A DNA stretch of 64,000 bases from a candidate division WOR-3 bacterium (GTDB lineage Bacteria > Hydrothermota > Tepidihabitantia > B3-TA06), in assembly GCA_016934635.1 (NCBI GenBank), contig JAFGSK010000017.1, positions 4,987 through 68,986 of the forward strand, read 5' to 3'. A program made the translations under genes and the position numbers. The notes below the pieces were generated by a model. That model was not told the origin of the DNA, searched no databases, and worked only from the letters and a program-made list of their open reading frames with translations. Position 1 is the first letter of the stretch. Each line of letters begins with the position of its first letter. Of the stretch, positions 46,774 through 56,314 are shown piece by piece.

Positions 46774-47967
46774 CTAGCCGGGTATCAACCGCACGAACCG
46801 CCGCTTGCCTACCCTGAGGACGACGGTCGAGTTGAGGGAAAGAGCCTGATCAATATCTGCTACCCTCTCCCCATCGACAGAGACCGCCCCTTGTTTGATA
46901 AGCCTCTTGGCCTCGGCCTTGGATGGAGCAAGGCCGTTTCGGCAAATTACTTCCACCAACTTGATCCCGGGGTCAACGACAATCTCGGGCATCTCATCAG
47001 GTACACCGCCCTGGGCAAAAACCTTGGCAAACTCAGCCTCGGCATCTCGTGCAGCGTCCTTTGAGTGATAAAGGGTAACCACCATTCGGGCCATCTCGGC
47101 CTTAAGATCGCGGGGGTTCTCTCCTGAGGCGAGACGCTCCCGAACCTCGGCCAGCTTTGCCTCGTCTGCGAGCCCGGCAAGCTCGAAGTACTGCTCTAAC
47201 AACGTGTCAGGGATGGACATGAGCTTACCGAACATTTCTCGAGGCTCCTCCTCTATTCCCACGTAGTTGTCGTAGGATTTACTCATCTTGGCCCCGCCTG
47301 ATAGCCCTTCCAGCAGAGGCATCATCATTATTACCTGGGCTGGCTGACCGAACTCGCGCTGCAACTCCCTGCCCACGATAAGGTTGAGCCGCTGGTCGTA
47401 TCCGCCCAGTTCCACATCCGCCTTGACAGCCACCGAGTCATAGGCCTGGAAGATAGGATAGAGAAGTTCGTGTAGAAACACTGGGTTTCCTTCAGCGAGT
47501 CGGCGAGAAAAATCCTCCCGCTGGAGTATTTGTGAAACGGTGTACTTTCCCAGGAGCTTGAGGACTCCTTGCGTTCCCAAAGGTTCGCTCCACTCCGAGT
47601 TAAAGCGCACCTCGGTTCTTTTCCTATCAAGGATCCTGAAGAGCTGACGCTCGTAGCGAGTCATGTTCCGTTCTACCTCCTCTCGGCTGAGCGGAAGGCG
47701 GGTTTTTGAACGGCCTGAAGGATCACCGATCATTGCGGTGAAGTCGCCGACTATGAGTACTGCGGTGTGACCTGCATCCTGGAAATCGCGCAGCTTGCGC
47801 AAGGGAACCGCAAACCCGAGATGGATATCAGGTCCGGTTGCATCTATTCCAAGTTTTACGCGCAGAGGCCGATGATCTTTCCTCGAGTCCTCAAGTTTTG
47901 CTTTAAGTTCCTCCTCGGTCAAGCACTCCTGCACCCCTCGCATTAGTTTAGCTAGGGTATCCGGCAT
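46774..47967 (-). CDS. tyrS: Tyrosine--tRNA ligase with C-terminal S4 domain
   Basis: ...GIDATGPDIHLGFAV... (HIGH-class motif HLG), ...GGAKMSKSYDNYV... (KMSKS), S4-like C-terminus. Confidence 0.9.
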   Translation of the reverse strand: MPDTLAKLMRGVQECLTEEELKAKLEDSRKDHRPLRVKLGIDATGPDIHLGFAVPLRKLRDFQDAGHTAVLIVGDFTAMIGDPSGRSKTRLPLSREEVERNMTRYERQLFRILDRKRTEVRFNSEWSEPLGTQGVLKLLGKYTVSQILQREDFSRRLAEGNPVFLHELLYPIFQAYDSVAVKADVELGGYDQRLNLIVGRELQREFGQPAQVIMMMPLLEGLSGGAKMSKSYDNYVGIEEEPREMFGKLMSIPDTLLEQYFELAGLADEAKLAEVRERLASGENPRDLKAEMARMVVTLYHSKDAARDAEAEFAKVFAQGGVPDEMPEIVVDPGIKLVEVICRNGLAPSKAEAKRLIKQGAVSVDGERVADIDQALSLNSTVVLRVGKRRFVRLIPG

Positions 47968-47969
47968 AA

Positions 47970-48449
47970 TTATAGTCTGAAGTCTCCGAAATCCTCAGGG
48001 TCGATATCTCTAAGATTGTCTTTGAGTTCGTCTAGCTTGGTCTCTTCGTCTTCTGAAATCTCCTTGCCCTGGGCATCCATCAATTCATCATCAACGAAGA
48101 TCGGGGCACGCAAATGTACCGCAATCGCTACAGAATCTGAAGGACGTGCATCTATCGAAATCACATCGTCTGCGTGAGAGAGTACGAGATTGGCATAGTA
48201 GGTGTTATCCTTAAGCCCGGTAATGATTACTCGTTCCACTTTTCCACCCAGTGTTTCGATAATTCGTTTGATAACGTCCAGGGTAAGAGGACGCTCAAAT
48301 GGTTCACGCCTGGCAGCGTAGGTTATCGCCGAAGCTTCGATCGGGCCAACCCAGATAGGAAGTACACGCTGTCCGCCCTTCTCACGCAACAACAGTACGG
48401 GAGCGTTGTTCAGATCCAGAGAAACCCCATGCACCTCCACCTCAACCAA
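47970..48449 (-). CDS. Bifunctional nuclease (BFN, DUF151) family protein
   Basis: ...APVLLLREKGGQRVLPIWVGPIEASAI...RPLTLDVIKRIIETLGG...ARPSDSVAIAV... typical of the BFN domain. Confidence 0.7.
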   Translation of the reverse strand: MVEVEVHGVSLDLNNAPVLLLREKGGQRVLPIWVGPIEASAITYAARREPFERPLTLDVIKRIIETLGGKVERVIITGLKDNTYYANLVLSHADDVISIDARPSDSVAIAVHLRAPIFVDDELMDAQGKEISEDEETKLDELKDNLRDIDPEDFGDFRL

Positions 48450-48450
48450 G

Positions 48451-49083
48451 CTAGACCTCCTTTTCTTCTTCTGTGTTCTGGGTTTGCTCGGCGATCTCTT
48501 CCCCCTCTTCGTTTACTTCAACTCCAACCTCTTCAACGGCCTGATCCGGGGGGGCTTCTTCCGTAGGCGTTTCTTCAGACTCATCATCATCTAGGGAACT
48601 ATCTTCGACAACCTCCGCCTTCTCGGCTTCCTCAGGTTGTCCCTCAGGAACAATCCAGACCTTGACAGTTGCTGTAACCCCTTCGAAAATCCTAACCTGT
48701 ACGTCGTAGGCACCTGCCTCCTTAAGTGGATAATCCAGGATAATCTGGTGATGATCGAAGAATATACCCTTTTCTCTGAAACTCGAAGCGATGTCTTTTG
48801 CGGTAACAGAGCCGTAAGCCTTACCTGTTTCTCCAAAGGACAGGGTGATCTTTACGTGTTCGCCGTCCAACTTTTCTCGAAGCTCCTCGGCAGAGGTTCT
48901 TTCCTTTTCTACCCGGGCGCGGGTTTGACGAACGACCTCGGCAAAGTGTCGTTTGTTGGATTCGGTAGCCGGAAGGGCAAGTTTGCGCGGGATAAGGAAG
49001 TTTCGTGCATAGCCGTCCTTGACCCGAACCACCTCACCGCGGTTTCCCAACTTGACGACATCTTGTGTTAGAATGACTTCCAC
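48451..49083 (-). CDS. rplI: 50S ribosomal protein L9 with a ~60-aa acidic C-terminal extension
   Basis: MEVILTQDVVKLGNRGEVVRVKDGYARNFLIPRKLA...; tail rich in E/D (...EEAEKAEVVEDSSLDDDESEETPTEEAPP...). Confidence 0.9.
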   Translation of the reverse strand: MEVILTQDVVKLGNRGEVVRVKDGYARNFLIPRKLALPATESNKRHFAEVVRQTRARVEKERTSAEELREKLDGEHVKITLSFGETGKAYGSVTAKDIASSFREKGIFFDHHQIILDYPLKEAGAYDVQVRIFEGVTATVKVWIVPEGQPEEAEKAEVVEDSSLDDDESEETPTEEAPPDQAVEEVGVEVNEEGEEIAEQTQNTEEEKEV

Positions 49084-49093
49084 TTCAATCTCC

Positions 49094-49303
49094 CTAATGG
49101 GCTACATAGGGAAGGATTCCCAGATTACGAGCCTGTTTAATCGCCCTGGACAGCTTACGCTGGTGTTTTGAGCAAACACCGGTAATCCTGCGGTTCACAA
49201 TCTTGCCCTTATCCGTGAGGAACTTACCCAGTGAAGTATCGAAAGGTGAAATATCCTTTCTCCCCTCGGAACAGAACCTACATTCCTTGCGTCGTCTCAT
49301 CAT
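49094..49303 (-). CDS. rpsR: 30S ribosomal protein S18
   Basis: ...CRFCSEG...[49 protein letters not shown]. Confidence 0.9.
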   Translation of the reverse strand: MMRRRKECRFCSEGRKDISPFDTSLGKFLTDKGKIVNRRITGVCSKHQRKLSRAIKQARNLGILPYVAH

Positions 49304-49335
49304 CGCTACTCTTCTCCTTGTTTACTTAACTTCTG

Positions 49336-49758
49336 TTAATTCTCAAACGGATCCTCTTCCTCTGCTGAAGAGGGACCCTCCGATGCAGCAAAGCCTTCAC
49401 CCGTTGCAGGGGCCTTTTCCAGGAATTGCAAACGTCGTGACACGACTTCAACTACATACCGGCGGTTGCCGTCCTGCGCCTCGTACGAACGGGATCGCAA
49501 AGCACCCTCAAGCATTACAGGTGAACCTTTGCGGAGCCTTTCTCCGGCCAACTCCGCCATTCTATCCCAGACAACAACGTTAAAGAAGCTTGCATCATCC
49601 TTCCACTCACCACTATCCTTGTCCTGGTACCGTCTGGATACAGCCATGCGGAATGAACAAACCGCGGTACCTTTAGGGGTGTATCGTAACTCGGGATCGG
49701 CAACCAGTCTACCTGATAAAAGAACGATATTAAGATTAGGCAGTCTTAAATCCGCCAT
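49336..49758 (-). CDS. ssb: Single-stranded DNA-binding protein
   Basis: MADLRLPNLNIVLLSGRLVADPELRYTPKGTAVCSFRMAV...FFNVVVWDRMAE... OB fold; acidic C-terminal tip ...EEEDPF. Confidence 0.9.
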   Translation of the reverse strand: MADLRLPNLNIVLLSGRLVADPELRYTPKGTAVCSFRMAVSRRYQDKDSGEWKDDASFFNVVVWDRMAELAGERLRKGSPVMLEGALRSRSYEAQDGNRRYVVEVVSRRLQFLEKAPATGEGFAASEGPSSAEEEDPFEN

Positions 49759-49770
49759 ATCTCCTCCTAG

Positions 49771-50283
49771 CTATTTCTCCTCTTCTTGTTCAGCCGTATC
49801 TGGATTTTCGGCCTCCGGCTCTTCCTCAGCTGTCTCTAACTGAGTCGTCTCCTCGGATTCTATATCTTCTTCAGGTTTTTTCCTCTGCTTAGTCTTCTTC
49901 TGTACGGATTCGTGAGTGGTTTCTGCTTCAGGCGTTTCTGATTCAACCTCTTCTTGAATTTCTGCCTCTACTTCAGAAAACTCGGCAAGAGATGGTTCTT
50001 GAACGGCGTGCAGATAAACCTGCCTTAAAAGAGTCTCATCGTGGCGTATCTCTCCTTTAAGCTTAGCTACTAAACCGGGATCTGCCTCAAATCTTACTCG
50101 CCAGAAGTGTGCACGAGGATACTTCTTTATAGCATGAGCGAGATCGTGCATCCTGTCGTCAAGTGTCTCGATATCAACGGCCTTACCGTCGGCAAGGAGT
50201 TTCAAGTACTTCGCTCGAAAATCATCCAGGGCAACGGAATCAATATCCGGCTTTAGTATCAGTACAGCCTGGTAACGTCTCAA
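49771..50283 (-). CDS. rpsF: 30S ribosomal protein S6 with a long acidic C-terminal extension
   Basis: MRRYQAVLILKPDIDS...; about 75-aa Glu-rich tail. Confidence 0.9.
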   Translation of the reverse strand: MRRYQAVLILKPDIDSVALDDFRAKYLKLLADGKAVDIETLDDRMHDLAHAIKKYPRAHFWRVRFEADPGLVAKLKGEIRHDETLLRQVYLHAVQEPSLAEFSEVEAEIQEEVESETPEAETTHESVQKKTKQRKKPEEDIESEETTQLETAEEEPEAENPDTAEQEEEK

Positions 50284-50291
50284 CGTTCCTC

Positions 50292-51320
50292 CTATCTGAA
50301 CTTAACAAGCAGAACGTCTGCATTATTTAAAACGTAGTCCTTACCTTCAACCTTAAGTTTTCCACAGGTTCCGGCATCTTTCCAGGAACCTGCGCGTAAT
50401 AAATCTTCGGCATTCACAACCTCCGCTTTAATAAAACCTCGGGCAATATCGGAGTGTATCCTTGCTGCGGCATCAAGAGCGGTTGATCCAGCCTGAATCG
50501 TCCAGGCACGGACCTCCTCACCCTTGACAGTATAAAACCTGATGAGTCCCAACTTCTCAAGGGCTCGTTCGAGTAAACCATCAACACCTTTTGCATCGAC
50601 ACCTGCTTCGCGCCTGAGTTCTTCCTGTTCTGCGGAGTCGAACTCCTCAATACCCTGCTCAAGACTCACGGATAATCTATATGCATCGGCTAACTCAACC
50701 CCTGACGCTTCCTCAGATAGATTCAGAACCTCAATCCTGGATCTGGGAATGAGCAAACCCAGGGATTTAAGAAGACTGATGTCTTCGGGACTGTAAGAAC
50801 CGTTCAGAGAAAATGATCCTGAGGAAAGAAAGTCGTGATACCGGTCAAGGAGTTCAACCTCTTCCAGAGCCTCGATGCGTTTGCGTTGTTTTGCCAACCT
50901 TCGCTCCACTGTCTCCAAATCGGCTAATGCCAGCTCTGTTAGTATCACCTCCTTATCACGGGCCGGATCGACGGTTTTAAATACGTGGGGTATATCCTGT
51001 GCCTCGAATCCTCGTATCAGGTGAAATATCAAATCAACGTCTCTGATATGTCCCAGAAAACGATTCCCTAATCCTTCACCCTTGTGTGCGTCTTTTACGA
51101 GTCCTGCAATATCAATGACTTCGATTTGAGCCGGGGTAAGCTTGGGTGGAGAAAGAACCTCACCCAGTCGCTTAAGAAAGGGATCTACTAAAGGCGTCAT
51201 GCCGCGATTGGCATCGATGGTTGTAAAGGGATAAGAATCTGCAGCAGCACCGGCACGAGTTAAGAAGTTAAACAAGGATGACTTACCTACGTTAGGCAGA
51301 CCGACGATACCGATCCTCAC
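50292..51320 (-). CDS. ychF: Ribosome-binding ATPase YchF (Obg-family GTPase with TGS domain)
   Basis: MRIGIVGLPNVGKSSLFNFLT...; C-terminal TGS domain ...RFYTVKGEEVRAWTIQAGSTALDAAARIHSDIARGF... Confidence 0.9.
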   Translation of the reverse strand: MRIGIVGLPNVGKSSLFNFLTRAGAAADSYPFTTIDANRGMTPLVDPFLKRLGEVLSPPKLTPAQIEVIDIAGLVKDAHKGEGLGNRFLGHIRDVDLIFHLIRGFEAQDIPHVFKTVDPARDKEVILTELALADLETVERRLAKQRKRIEALEEVELLDRYHDFLSSGSFSLNGSYSPEDISLLKSLGLLIPRSRIEVLNLSEEASGVELADAYRLSVSLEQGIEEFDSAEQEELRREAGVDAKGVDGLLERALEKLGLIRFYTVKGEEVRAWTIQAGSTALDAAARIHSDIARGFIKAEVVNAEDLLRAGSWKDAGTCGKLKVEGKDYVLNNADVLLVKFR

Positions 51321-51402
51321 GAGGATAACCCTCTCTTCTTCAACCTCAGCCAGTAAATCACTCCTGTAAGGAATCCAACCTCAAAGCATCTCATGACTAA
51401 GC

Positions 51403-51945
51403 TCAGTTTATCTGATTCATTGCAATGTCCATTCCCTGAGTTATAACGAGCAGTACTGCATCCGCGGCCCTTCCGATGATTTCTTGGAGTTCGGAGAACT
51501 CATCAGGTGTAAAATTGGAAAGGACGTAATCAGAAAGTTCGAAACCTTCTGGTCGAGGGCCTATACCTATCCTGAGTCTGGGAAAGTCTTCAGCGTCCAA
51601 ACAGTCACTGATGGAAGCAAGACCGTTGTGTCCGCTGGTTCCGCCTTGTTTTCGCAGCCTTATGGTTGAGAACTCAAGGTCCACGTCGTCAACTACAACC
51701 AGGAAGTCATCAGTATGTTTCGAGAGAACCTGCTTCACTACCTGTCCGGAAAGATTCATATACGAAAGAGGTTTAACTAACCAAAGCTTTTTCCCCGAGT
51801 AGGAGCCTTTTGCTATGAGGGCTTGTCCGGAAATCCGGAATCTTAACCTCAGGTGCTCTGCCAGAGCATCAACGACCATAAAACCCAGATTGTGCCTGTT
51901 TAGAAGGTACTTCTCACCTGGATTTCCTAAGCCAAAAATGATCAC
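51403..51945 (-). CDS. pth: Peptidyl-tRNA hydrolase
   Basis: MIIFGLGNPGEKYLLNRHNLGFMVVDALA... Confidence 0.9.
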   Translation of the reverse strand: MIIFGLGNPGEKYLLNRHNLGFMVVDALAEHLRLRFRISGQALIAKGSYSGKKLWLVKPLSYMNLSGQVVKQVLSKHTDDFLVVVDDVDLEFSTIRLRKQGGTSGHNGLASISDCLDAEDFPRLRIGIGPRPEGFELSDYVLSNFTPDEFSELQEIIGRAADAVLLVITQGMDIAMNQIN

Positions 51946-52616
51946 CCCTTCGCTTCATCCTCTTTGGAAGCTTCAGGCTCTTTCGCTAGCTCAGTTTCAC
52001 CCTCAGCCTCTGCGGCTTCAGTAACCTCCTCTTCAACTGCAGTCTCGACCTCTTTTACCTTACGAGGATGAATAACGGTAACCACAAGACCCTGAGGAGG
52101 AGCAAGAACCTCAACACCTTCCTCAAAGGAAAGGTCTTTCACACGCACCGCATCACCAACATCAAGGTCGCCTATGTCGATGTCGATATGAAGCGGCAAC
52201 TTGGAAACAGGACCACGAACTTCTATCTCGTAGCGAACGTGTTCTAAGAGACCTCCCATTTTAAGTCCCACTGGTGTACCTTTAAGTGTAACCGGGATAC
52301 GCACATGCAACATCTCACCAGGATGGGTCTTCTGGAAATCGATGTTGAGGAACTCATCGGTCACAGGGTGCCGCTGAATCCCTTTTATTGCGGCAAGATA
52401 CTTCTCACCTTCGGGTGGTATCAACTCGGTTAAAAGAAGCTTTCCCCGCAACCTGTTGATAATCTCGGTAAAACTCTCGGTACCAACCGTGATTGAGAAT
52501 GACTCCTGACCGCGTTCGTACACAACCGCCGGGATCTTCCCTGCCTTCCGCAACTTGCGCGTAACGGATTTCCCTGTACCATCACGCAACTCATATTTCA
52601 ATTCGTTTTTAGCCAT
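51942..52616 (-). CDS. rplY: 50S ribosomal protein L25 / general stress protein Ctc
   Basis: ...KLRKAGKIPAVVYERGQESFSITV...; acidic C-terminal tail; overlaps the pth start. Confidence 0.85.
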   Translation of the reverse strand: MAKNELKYELRDGTGKSVTRKLRKAGKIPAVVYERGQESFSITVGTESFTEIINRLRGKLLLTELIPPEGEKYLAAIKGIQRHPVTDEFLNIDFQKTHPGEMLHVRIPVTLKGTPVGLKMGGLLEHVRYEIEVRGPVSKLPLHIDIDIGDLDVGDAVRVKDLSFEEGVEVLAPPQGLVVTVIHPRKVKEVETAVEEEVTEAAEAEGETELAKEPEASKEDEAKG

Positions 52617-52802
52617 CTTACTCCTTCAGTTTCTCCGGTAGTCCCTGGAGACCGCTCGAGAGTGCCGATAAATCATAAGATAAGAACTCCTTCTAGTCGT
52701 CCTCCTTCGGTGACTATCGTCACAAAGCATAGACACATAAGTGTGTTGTCTCGACCGGTTGAATTCTTGTTTGTACCCTTTGTAGTTCAATTCAAAAAAT
52801 TC

Positions 52803-53744
52803 CTAGATAAACAGTGAACTCACCGATTCACCGTTATTAATTCGTCTTATCGCCTCTGACAGAAGCTCTGCAATAGACAGGACATGGAATTTCCCTGCCG
52901 GAAGACCATCCTTTACCGGCAAAGAATCGGTTATCACTAACTCCTGTATGGGGGAGGCAGCCAATTTCTTCACCGCATCAGCGGCAAACACACCATGGGT
53001 GGCGACAACCCTGACCTCCTTTGCACCGTTCTTCAATAAGAGTCCAGCCGCTTCAATAAGAGTAGTGCCTGTACTTATCAAGTCATCCAAAAGCAGGCAA
53101 ACCTTTCCGTCAACGTCTCCCACCAGATTGAGCGCCTCCGGCCTGTCCTTCATCTCGCGACGTTTGTCAACGATAGCCATCGGTAGGTCGCCCATCCGTT
53201 TTGCGTACCCCCGGGATCGTTTGGCACTTCCCGCGTCAGGAGCAACCACGATATAGGCGGAAAGGTTACGTCTTCCGAAAAACTTCGCAAACAGGGGCGT
53301 GGCGTAGAGGTGATCAACCGGTATGTCGAAGAATCCCTGTATCTGCTCTGCATGGAGGTCAAGGGTTAATACCCGGCTGGCACCTGCCTGGGTCAGAAGA
53401 TCGGCAACCAGCTTGGCGGTAATCGGAACCCTGGGTTCGTCTTTCTTATCCTGACGAGCATACCCGTAGTAGGGAATCACGGCAGTAATCCTTGCTGCCG
53501 AGGCCCTTTTTGCGGCATCAAGCATTAAAAAGAGTTCCATAAGATTCTCAGCCGGAGATTGGGTGGATTGGATTATAAAAACATCCGCTCCCCGTATATT
53601 CTCCTCTATCTTAACCCGTATCTCTCCGTCAGAGAAGCGATCAACAGTTGCCTTACCCAGGCTAATACCCAGTCTCTTGCAGATTTTTTCGGCAAGCTGC
53701 GGTACTGAATTACCGCAGAAAACCTTCATCGTCTCTCGTGCCAT
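52803..53744 (-). CDS. prs: Ribose-phosphate pyrophosphokinase
   Basis: MKVFCGNSVPQLAEKICKRLGISLGKATVDRFSDGEIRVKIEENIRGADVFIIQS...; PRPP-binding ...LLDDLISTGTTL... Confidence 0.9.
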   Translation of the reverse strand: MARETMKVFCGNSVPQLAEKICKRLGISLGKATVDRFSDGEIRVKIEENIRGADVFIIQSTQSPAENLMELFLMLDAAKRASAARITAVIPYYGYARQDKKDEPRVPITAKLVADLLTQAGASRVLTLDLHAEQIQGFFDIPVDHLYATPLFAKFFGRRNLSAYIVVAPDAGSAKRSRGYAKRMGDLPMAIVDKRREMKDRPEALNLVGDVDGKVCLLLDDLISTGTTLIEAAGLLLKNGAKEVRVVATHGVFAADAVKKLAASPIQELVITDSLPVKDGLPAGKFHVLSIAELLSEAIRRINNGESVSSLFI

Positions 53745-53760
53745 AAATCTCTCCTTAAAC

Positions 53761-53831
53761 CTGGGGCGCAGGGATTCGAACCCCGATTGGAGGAACCAAA
53801 ATCCTCCGTCCTGCCTTTAGACGACGCCCCA
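53761..53831 (-). tRNA. tRNA-Gln (anticodon UUG); 71 nt; U1-A72 pair and G73 discriminator; CCA not encoded
   Basis: Reverse complement: TGGGGCGTCGTCTAAAGGCAGGACGGAGGATTTTGGTTCCTCCAATCGGGGTTCGAATCCCTGCGCCCCAG; anticodon stem GAGGA/TCCTC with loop TTTTGGT; T-loop TTCGAAT. Confidence 0.8.
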
Positions 53832-54662
53832 ATACTCTAGCGTTTCTACCCGATACATCCTGCCTGGGGTGCCTTCAGGAAGCTCAGGCTCAAATTCCTT
53901 TGGACAGGCCGCAAATAAAGCAGCTCCGCTCCCCGACAATCCCGAAAACCAAGCACCTTCTTTGCAAAACCACCGAGCAACGATCTCCAGTTCAGGATGG
54001 CGTTTGTAAACTACATCTTCAAAAGAGTTATAGAGCCATCGGGCCGCTTCCTCATAGTTACGTTCCTTAAGAGCCTTAGCCAGAAGTTTACACTGCTTTT
54101 CCCCGTTTGTCAACCGTCCAAGATGTTTGTATGCCCAAGGCGTAGGAACGTTAAACTCAGGAGAATAAAGAAGAAGATCGAATCGCGGTACATCTATCGG
54201 GTCAATACCATCTCCCCTACCGGTAACTAGAGACGGTCTGGGGGCTAAAAAGAAAGGACAGTCCATCCCTAACTCAAGTGAAAGGGAAACCAGTTCCTCT
54301 ATGGAAAGACCGGTGTCGAAAAGCCTGTCCAGACCCAAAAGGGTAGCAGCTGCATCTGATGAACCTCCACCCAGACCGTTTCCTACCGGTATCTGTTTTA
54401 GGAGTGTGATCTTAACACCCGAACGAACACCGGTATAAGTAAAGAAAAGATCAGCGGCCTTCCACACAAGATTTGAGGAGTCCCCAGGTACATAGGGTGC
54501 ATCGCAGCAGAACTCGATTTCCTTTTCAGTGGCCTCGAAACGCATCTCATCAAACAAACCGATAGGGACGAATAGAGAACGCAGATCATGATAGCCGTCA
54601 GGCCGTCTGCGCTCCACCCAAAGCCCTATGTTTACCTTAGCCGGGGTTTTTAAGGTAATCAC
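53817..54662 (-). CDS. ispE: 4-diphosphocytidyl-2-C-methyl-D-erythritol kinase
   Basis: ...AKVNIGLWV...RPDGYH.L.SLF..I.L.D...; GHMP-kinase motif ...PVGNGLGGGSSDAAATL...; the 3' end overlaps tRNA-Gln by ~15 nt. Confidence 0.85.
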   Translation of the reverse strand: MITLKTPAKVNIGLWVERRRPDGYHDLRSLFVPIGLFDEMRFEATEKEIEFCCDAPYVPGDSSNLVWKAADLFFTYTGVRSGVKITLLKQIPVGNGLGGGSSDAAATLLGLDRLFDTGLSIEELVSLSLELGMDCPFFLAPRPSLVTGRGDGIDPIDVPRFDLLLYSPEFNVPTPWAYKHLGRLTNGEKQCKLLAKALKERNYEEAARWLYNSFEDVVYKRHPELEIVARWFCKEGAWFSGLSGSGAALFAACPKEFEPELPEGTPGRMYRVETLEYWGVV

Positions 54663-55479
54663 TTAAAGCCTCCTGCCAAGTACGTAGGTTTTTACCGAAC
54701 GTCTTCTCAAACTTAATACAGGAAAGGGTAGATTGAGCAGGTCTCCGGGCTATAAACCCTATCTCGTGGCCGGTTGAGGCTATGGGTTCTATACTTGCCC
54801 CAAGTAAACGAATGATCTCGGTTCCCATCTCAAAACGGTTGCAAGCCCCCTTGTTGGTAAGATGAAAGACGCAGCAAGAATCGGACCGGGCTATATCCCA
54901 GATTCCGGGGAGTAAATCAGGTATATAACCTGGCGAACCGCGATGATCGGTAGCCAGCCTGAGAGGAGTTCCATCTTTGATTGTCCGGCGTACAAACGAA
55001 ACAAAATCGCCGTTTGCACCAAAGAGCCACGCCACCCTTATTATTACGTTATCAGCCACAAATTCACACACAGCCTCTTCAGCCTGAAATTTGGTTCGGC
55101 CGTAGACGCTTATTGGATTGGGTGAATCGGTTTCTGTGTAAGCGGAGGCCTTTTCACCGTCAAAAACGTAATCGGTGCTGAAATAAACTAATCTTGCCCT
55201 GACCTCTGCGACTGCCTTGGCCAGGTTCGTTGAGGCTTCTACGTTATCCCTATGGGCGCGCTCGGGATAGCGTTCGCATTCATCCACATTCGTTAATGCA
55301 GCGGTGTGAAATATAAGGCGAGGTTTGATCTCTGTAACCGCTCGCATCACGTTATCGTATCGGGCCAGATCGAGATCACTCCGGGACACGGAAACGACCT
55401 CTTCCCCTTTGGAGGCTAGAAATGAGGCAAGAGCCGAACCCAGCCTTCCCCGCGCACCTGTAACGAGTATAACCGCCAT
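54637..55479 (-). CDS. rfbD: dTDP-4-dehydrorhamnose reductase
   Basis: MAVILVTGARGRLGSAL... Rossmann motif; ...VYFSTDYVFDGEK...Y.E.D..NP.SVYGRTK... (YxxxK). Confidence 0.85.
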   Translation of the reverse strand: MAVILVTGARGRLGSALASFLASKGEEVVSVSRSDLDLARYDNVMRAVTEIKPRLIFHTAALTNVDECERYPERAHRDNVEASTNLAKAVAEVRARLVYFSTDYVFDGEKASAYTETDSPNPISVYGRTKFQAEEAVCEFVADNVIIRVAWLFGANGDFVSFVRRTIKDGTPLRLATDHRGSPGYIPDLLPGIWDIARSDSCCVFHLTNKGACNRFEMGTEIIRLLGASIEPIASTGHEIGFIARRPAQSTLSCIKFEKTFGKNLRTWQEALSDYLKNPG

Positions 55480-55667
55480 GCACTAGTCTAAGCCCCAGGG
55501 CTCCGGTGTCAAGATTCGATAAGAAAACGACCGCCTTGGAAATCGAGGGGAAAATTGCTATTGGGAATTCGTTTCCCTTCGGTCTGAGGCTGTAAGCAAA
55601 AGGTAGGGAGTATTGAACAGGTTGGAGAACCTGTACCACACGCCCCTACTCATGGGTGTGCGTCACC

Positions 55668-56288
55668 CTACATGGAGTAAGGACCGGGTATTATCCTCCA
55701 GCCCCAGACGTATTCGAGAACCGTCCAGGCCAGAAGAAGCCCTGCCAGCGCCCAAGCCATTTTGGGGGAGGTTTTCTTCGCGCGCGCCATGAGGATGAAC
55801 GAGATCACCGCTCCGGCCCCTGCGATCGCCGCCGAAGGGTAGGTGCTCCAGTGGGTGCGGGAAAGATGCTCGAACTGATAGATCATCCACATGTGCAGAC
55901 CCCAGATTCCTGCGAAGTGCCCGAAGGCAAACGCAAAGCGGTCGGCCAGTTGCTTACGCACGATAAGGAAGACAAGGAAGAATCCAGCAAGAAGCAGAAC
56001 CGGGAGGAAGCGGTAATCTGCTATCACAACCCAATTGATTGCTTCCAGGAACTCGCCTACGAATCCCCAAAGGAACAGACCGGAAAGGATTCCCCACATG
56101 TTTGGAGCAAAATCCTGCTTGCGTTTAACCTCGGCAAGGATAAACGACACCACCGCTGCAATGCCTAACAAGATGCCTGCTGTTATGTACGCAGCTTCGT
56201 TCCAGCGGGAAGAAAACACGAGCAGCATGTATGTCACGCCAAACGCGGCAAGTGTAATCAAGAGCGTTACGAGGCCTTTATTCTTCAT
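55668..56288 (-). CDS. Hypothetical integral membrane protein (about 6 TM helices)
   Basis: Hydrophobic segments throughout; no recognised motif. Confidence 0.5.
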   Translation of the reverse strand: MKNKGLVTLLITLAAFGVTYMLLVFSSRWNEAAYITAGILLGIAAVVSFILAEVKRKQDFAPNMWGILSGLFLWGFVGEFLEAINWVVIADYRFLPVLLLAGFFLVFLIVRKQLADRFAFAFGHFAGIWGLHMWMIYQFEHLSRTHWSTYPSAAIAGAGAVISFILMARAKKTSPKMAWALAGLLLAWTVLEYVWGWRIIPGPYSM

Positions 56289-56314
56289 GAATTCCCCTTT
56301 CTCAATCCGCGGTA

